DNA of 64,000 bases from an uncultured bacterium (GTDB taxonomy: Bacteria; Fermentibacterota; Fermentibacteria; Fermentibacterales; Fermentibacteraceae), in NCBI GenBank assembly GCA_964564435.1, contig CAZMAT010000003.1, forward strand, positions 23,869 to 87,868, written 5' to 3'. Below, piece by piece: positions 62,759 through 64,000 of this stretch. Each line of letters begins with the position of its first letter. Position 1 is the first letter of the stretch. A model generated the notes under the pieces. That model did no database searches, was not told the origin of the DNA, and saw nothing but the letters and a program-made list of their open reading frames with translations. The position numbers were made by a program, and so were the translations under genes.

Positions 62759-63183
62759 GACCCGTTACGCCGGAAGTCACCGTCGACGCCATCATCGAAC
62801 TCCCGGGAGACCGGGTGGTCCTCGTCGAACGGAGGTTTTTCCCGGAGGGCTGGGCGCTTCCGGGTGGGTTCGTCGACCCGGGCGAGAGCCTTGCCGTGGC
62901 CGTACGCAGGGAGGCGCTGGAGGAGACCTCGCTCGATGTGGAGGTGCTCTCCCTCTTTCACGTCTATTCGCGCCCCTGGAGAGATCCCAGGGGGGACACG
63001 GTCACGGCCGTGTACCACTGCCGCGCTGATGGCGAGCCGCTCGGAGCCGACGACGCGAAGCAGGCCCGTGCGTTCGAGCCCGACGAGCTCCCGTACGGCT
63101 CGATGGCGTTCGACCATGCCGCTATCCTGAGGCAGTTCCTCGAGTGGAAGGCGACGGGAGCGAAACCGTCGGTAGAGGAATAG
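62755..63183 (+). CDS. NUDIX hydrolase
   Basis: Nudix box GGFVDPGESLAVAVRREALEETSL. Start set at the third MRPVTPEV. Confidence 0.85.
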   Translation: MRPVTPEVTVDAIIELPGDRVVLVERRFFPEGWALPGGFVDPGESLAVAVRREALEETSLDVEVLSLFHVYSRPWRDPRGDTVTAVYHCRADGEPLGADDAKQARAFEPDELPYGSMAFDHAAILRQFLEWKATGAKPSVEE

Positions 63184-63194
63184 CTCGATGCGGA

Positions 63195-63221
63195 GAGGCC
63201 CGGGGCGGATGCCCGGGCCTC
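63195..63221. terminator. Bidirectional hairpin GAGGCCCGGG-N7-CCCGGGCCTC
   Basis: A 10-bp stem between convergent genes. Confidence 0.5.
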
Positions 63222-63267
63222 CCTGCGCTTCGCTGACGTAACGTTCTACTGATCCGGGTCCAGGTCG

Positions 63268-64000
63268 CTAGAGGACCCTGAACTCGATCCTCCTGTTCTG
63301 CGCCTTGCCCTCGGGGGTCGTGTTCGGCGCCACAGGGCTGCCTTCTCCGTATCCGATCGTGCTGAGATAGGATGCCCCCACCCCGCGGCTGACAAGGTAC
63401 GTCTTGACGGAAGCGGCCCTGCGTTCGCTGAGCGACTGGTTCAGGGATTCGCTGCCGTCGGAGTCGGTGTGGCCGCAGACCTGCACGCTGACGCCCTGGT
63501 TGGCGATGAGCAGCTCGGCTATCTCGTTCAGGACGGGATAGGATTCGGCCTTCAGCGTGGCGCTTCCGGAATCGAAGTAGATATTGGCGAAAGTGAGCAC
63601 CTGGCCGCTCTCGAGAGCCTTGCCGAGTGCGAAGGAGGCGGACACTGCGCCATTCTCGGGCACGATCACGGTCTGGGTCTCGGCTATGTACCCCGGCGCC
63701 TCGGCCTTGACCACCCGCGAACCGGATGGGGCCGTGAGGGTGAACGTGCCGTCGGGCCCTGCGGTCGCCGCAGCGCCCGAGGAAGTCTCGGTCACGGTCG
63801 CGGAGATGGCGGCCCTAGTGGCTTCGTCGGTCACCACGCCCGTGACGGTGCCGGTCGACTGGGCAGCCTGGGCGGGTGAGAGGTCGAAGTCCGCCGATGC
63901 CGTGCCGTCGCGCTCGACCCGTACAGAGGCCTGTCCGCCCGTGAAGCCCGCGGCTTCGGCCACGACGGGGACGTCACCCGCGGGGACGACCGCCGTGTAC
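63268..64000 (-). CDS. OmpA-family protein with CarboxypepD_reg-like repeats (5' end outside the window)
   Basis: A C-terminal OmpA domain (IYFDSGSATL...HTDSDGS...N..LSERRA..V..YL...GYGE..P......NRRIEFRVL). The reading frame stays open to position 64000. Confidence 0.8.
   Translation of the reverse strand, partial: YTAVVPAGDVPVVAEAAGFTGGQASVRVERDGTASADFDLSPAQAAQSTGTVTGVVTDEATRAAISATVTETSSGAAATAGPDGTFTLTAPSGSRVVKAEAPGYIAETQTVIVPENGAVSASFALGKALESGQVLTFANIYFDSGSATLKAESYPVLNEIAELLIANQGVSVQVCGHTDSDGSESLNQSLSERRAASVKTYLVSRGVGASYLSTIGYGEGSPVAPNTTPEGKAQNRRIEFRVL

Larger units (their letters stand above)
62589..62779 (+). repeat. Tandem repeat, 83-bp unit x 2.3
   Basis: Units 62589-62671 and 62672-62754 are identical. 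The third copy (62755-62779) is the true 5' end of the NUDIX gene. A degenerate partial copy lies upstream (about 62570-62588). Confidence 0.95.

Noticed and set aside
62589-62779. Whether the tandem 83-bp repeats could be a CRISPR array.
   Set aside because: The units abut directly with no unique spacers. The unit contains a start codon and coding sequence of the adjacent gene. No cas genes are in the window.

Overview
High-GC chromosomal segment from an uncultivated bacterium. I saw no rRNA, tRNA, CRISPR array, transposase or integrase. Three secreted peptidases end in T9SS-type C-terminal sorting domains, which suggests the FCB superphylum (inference only). The window is centred on the replication origin. 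rpmH-rnpA-yidD-yidC-mnmE-mnmG-rsmG-parA-parB-(88 aa ORF) runs on the minus strand and diverges from dnaA-dnaN-DUF721(DciA-like)-gyrB-gyrA on the plus strand. DnaA boxes flank dnaA, and an AT-rich stretch lies in front of dnaN. Left of the origin are: a C25 gingipain-like peptidase, a DUF1846 protein, and an rpsF-ssb-(tail-less ssb paralogue)-rpsR-DUF2232-rplI block. These are followed by tsaD, acpS, nnr, an HD hydrolase and a RhaI-like isomerase. Next comes a ptb-buk-iorA-iorB fermentation operon, then a HAD hydrolase, a formyltransferase/polysaccharide-deacetylase pair and a ferredoxin. Right of the origin are: a 1217-aa orphan helical protein overlapping the end of gyrA, asparaginase, and a bactofilin pair. 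A complete nine-gene V-type ATPase operon follows (G/H-I-K-E-C-F-A-B-D), then a Lys/Ala-rich histone-like protein. Further right are a ThiF-like E1 divergent from a ferredoxin-AOR-ThiS(GG) operon, an esterase, an RRM protein and a DUF2089/DUF4097 pair. The window ends with two tandem C13 legumain-like peptidases, a NUDIX hydrolase and an OmpA-family protein. The most unusual observations are these. (1) A PriB-like tail-less SSB paralogue sits in the rpsF-rpsR slot. (2) A giant uncharacterised protein is coupled to gyrA. (3) Two independent tandem duplications of a gene 5' end (49 bp with 86-bp period; 83 bp x2.3) create stacked upstream ORFs with ATGA stop/start overlaps. (4) A 1072-bp, 100% identical tract is shared by the two legumain paralogues while their leaders and C-terminal domains differ. 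(5) Head-to-tail DnaA boxes lie in front of the V-ATPase operon. (6) A ubiquitin-like/E1 pair is embedded in a tungsten/molybdenum AOR locus next to an unknown 205-aa protein. All functional calls come from motif recognition by eye. No database search was possible.
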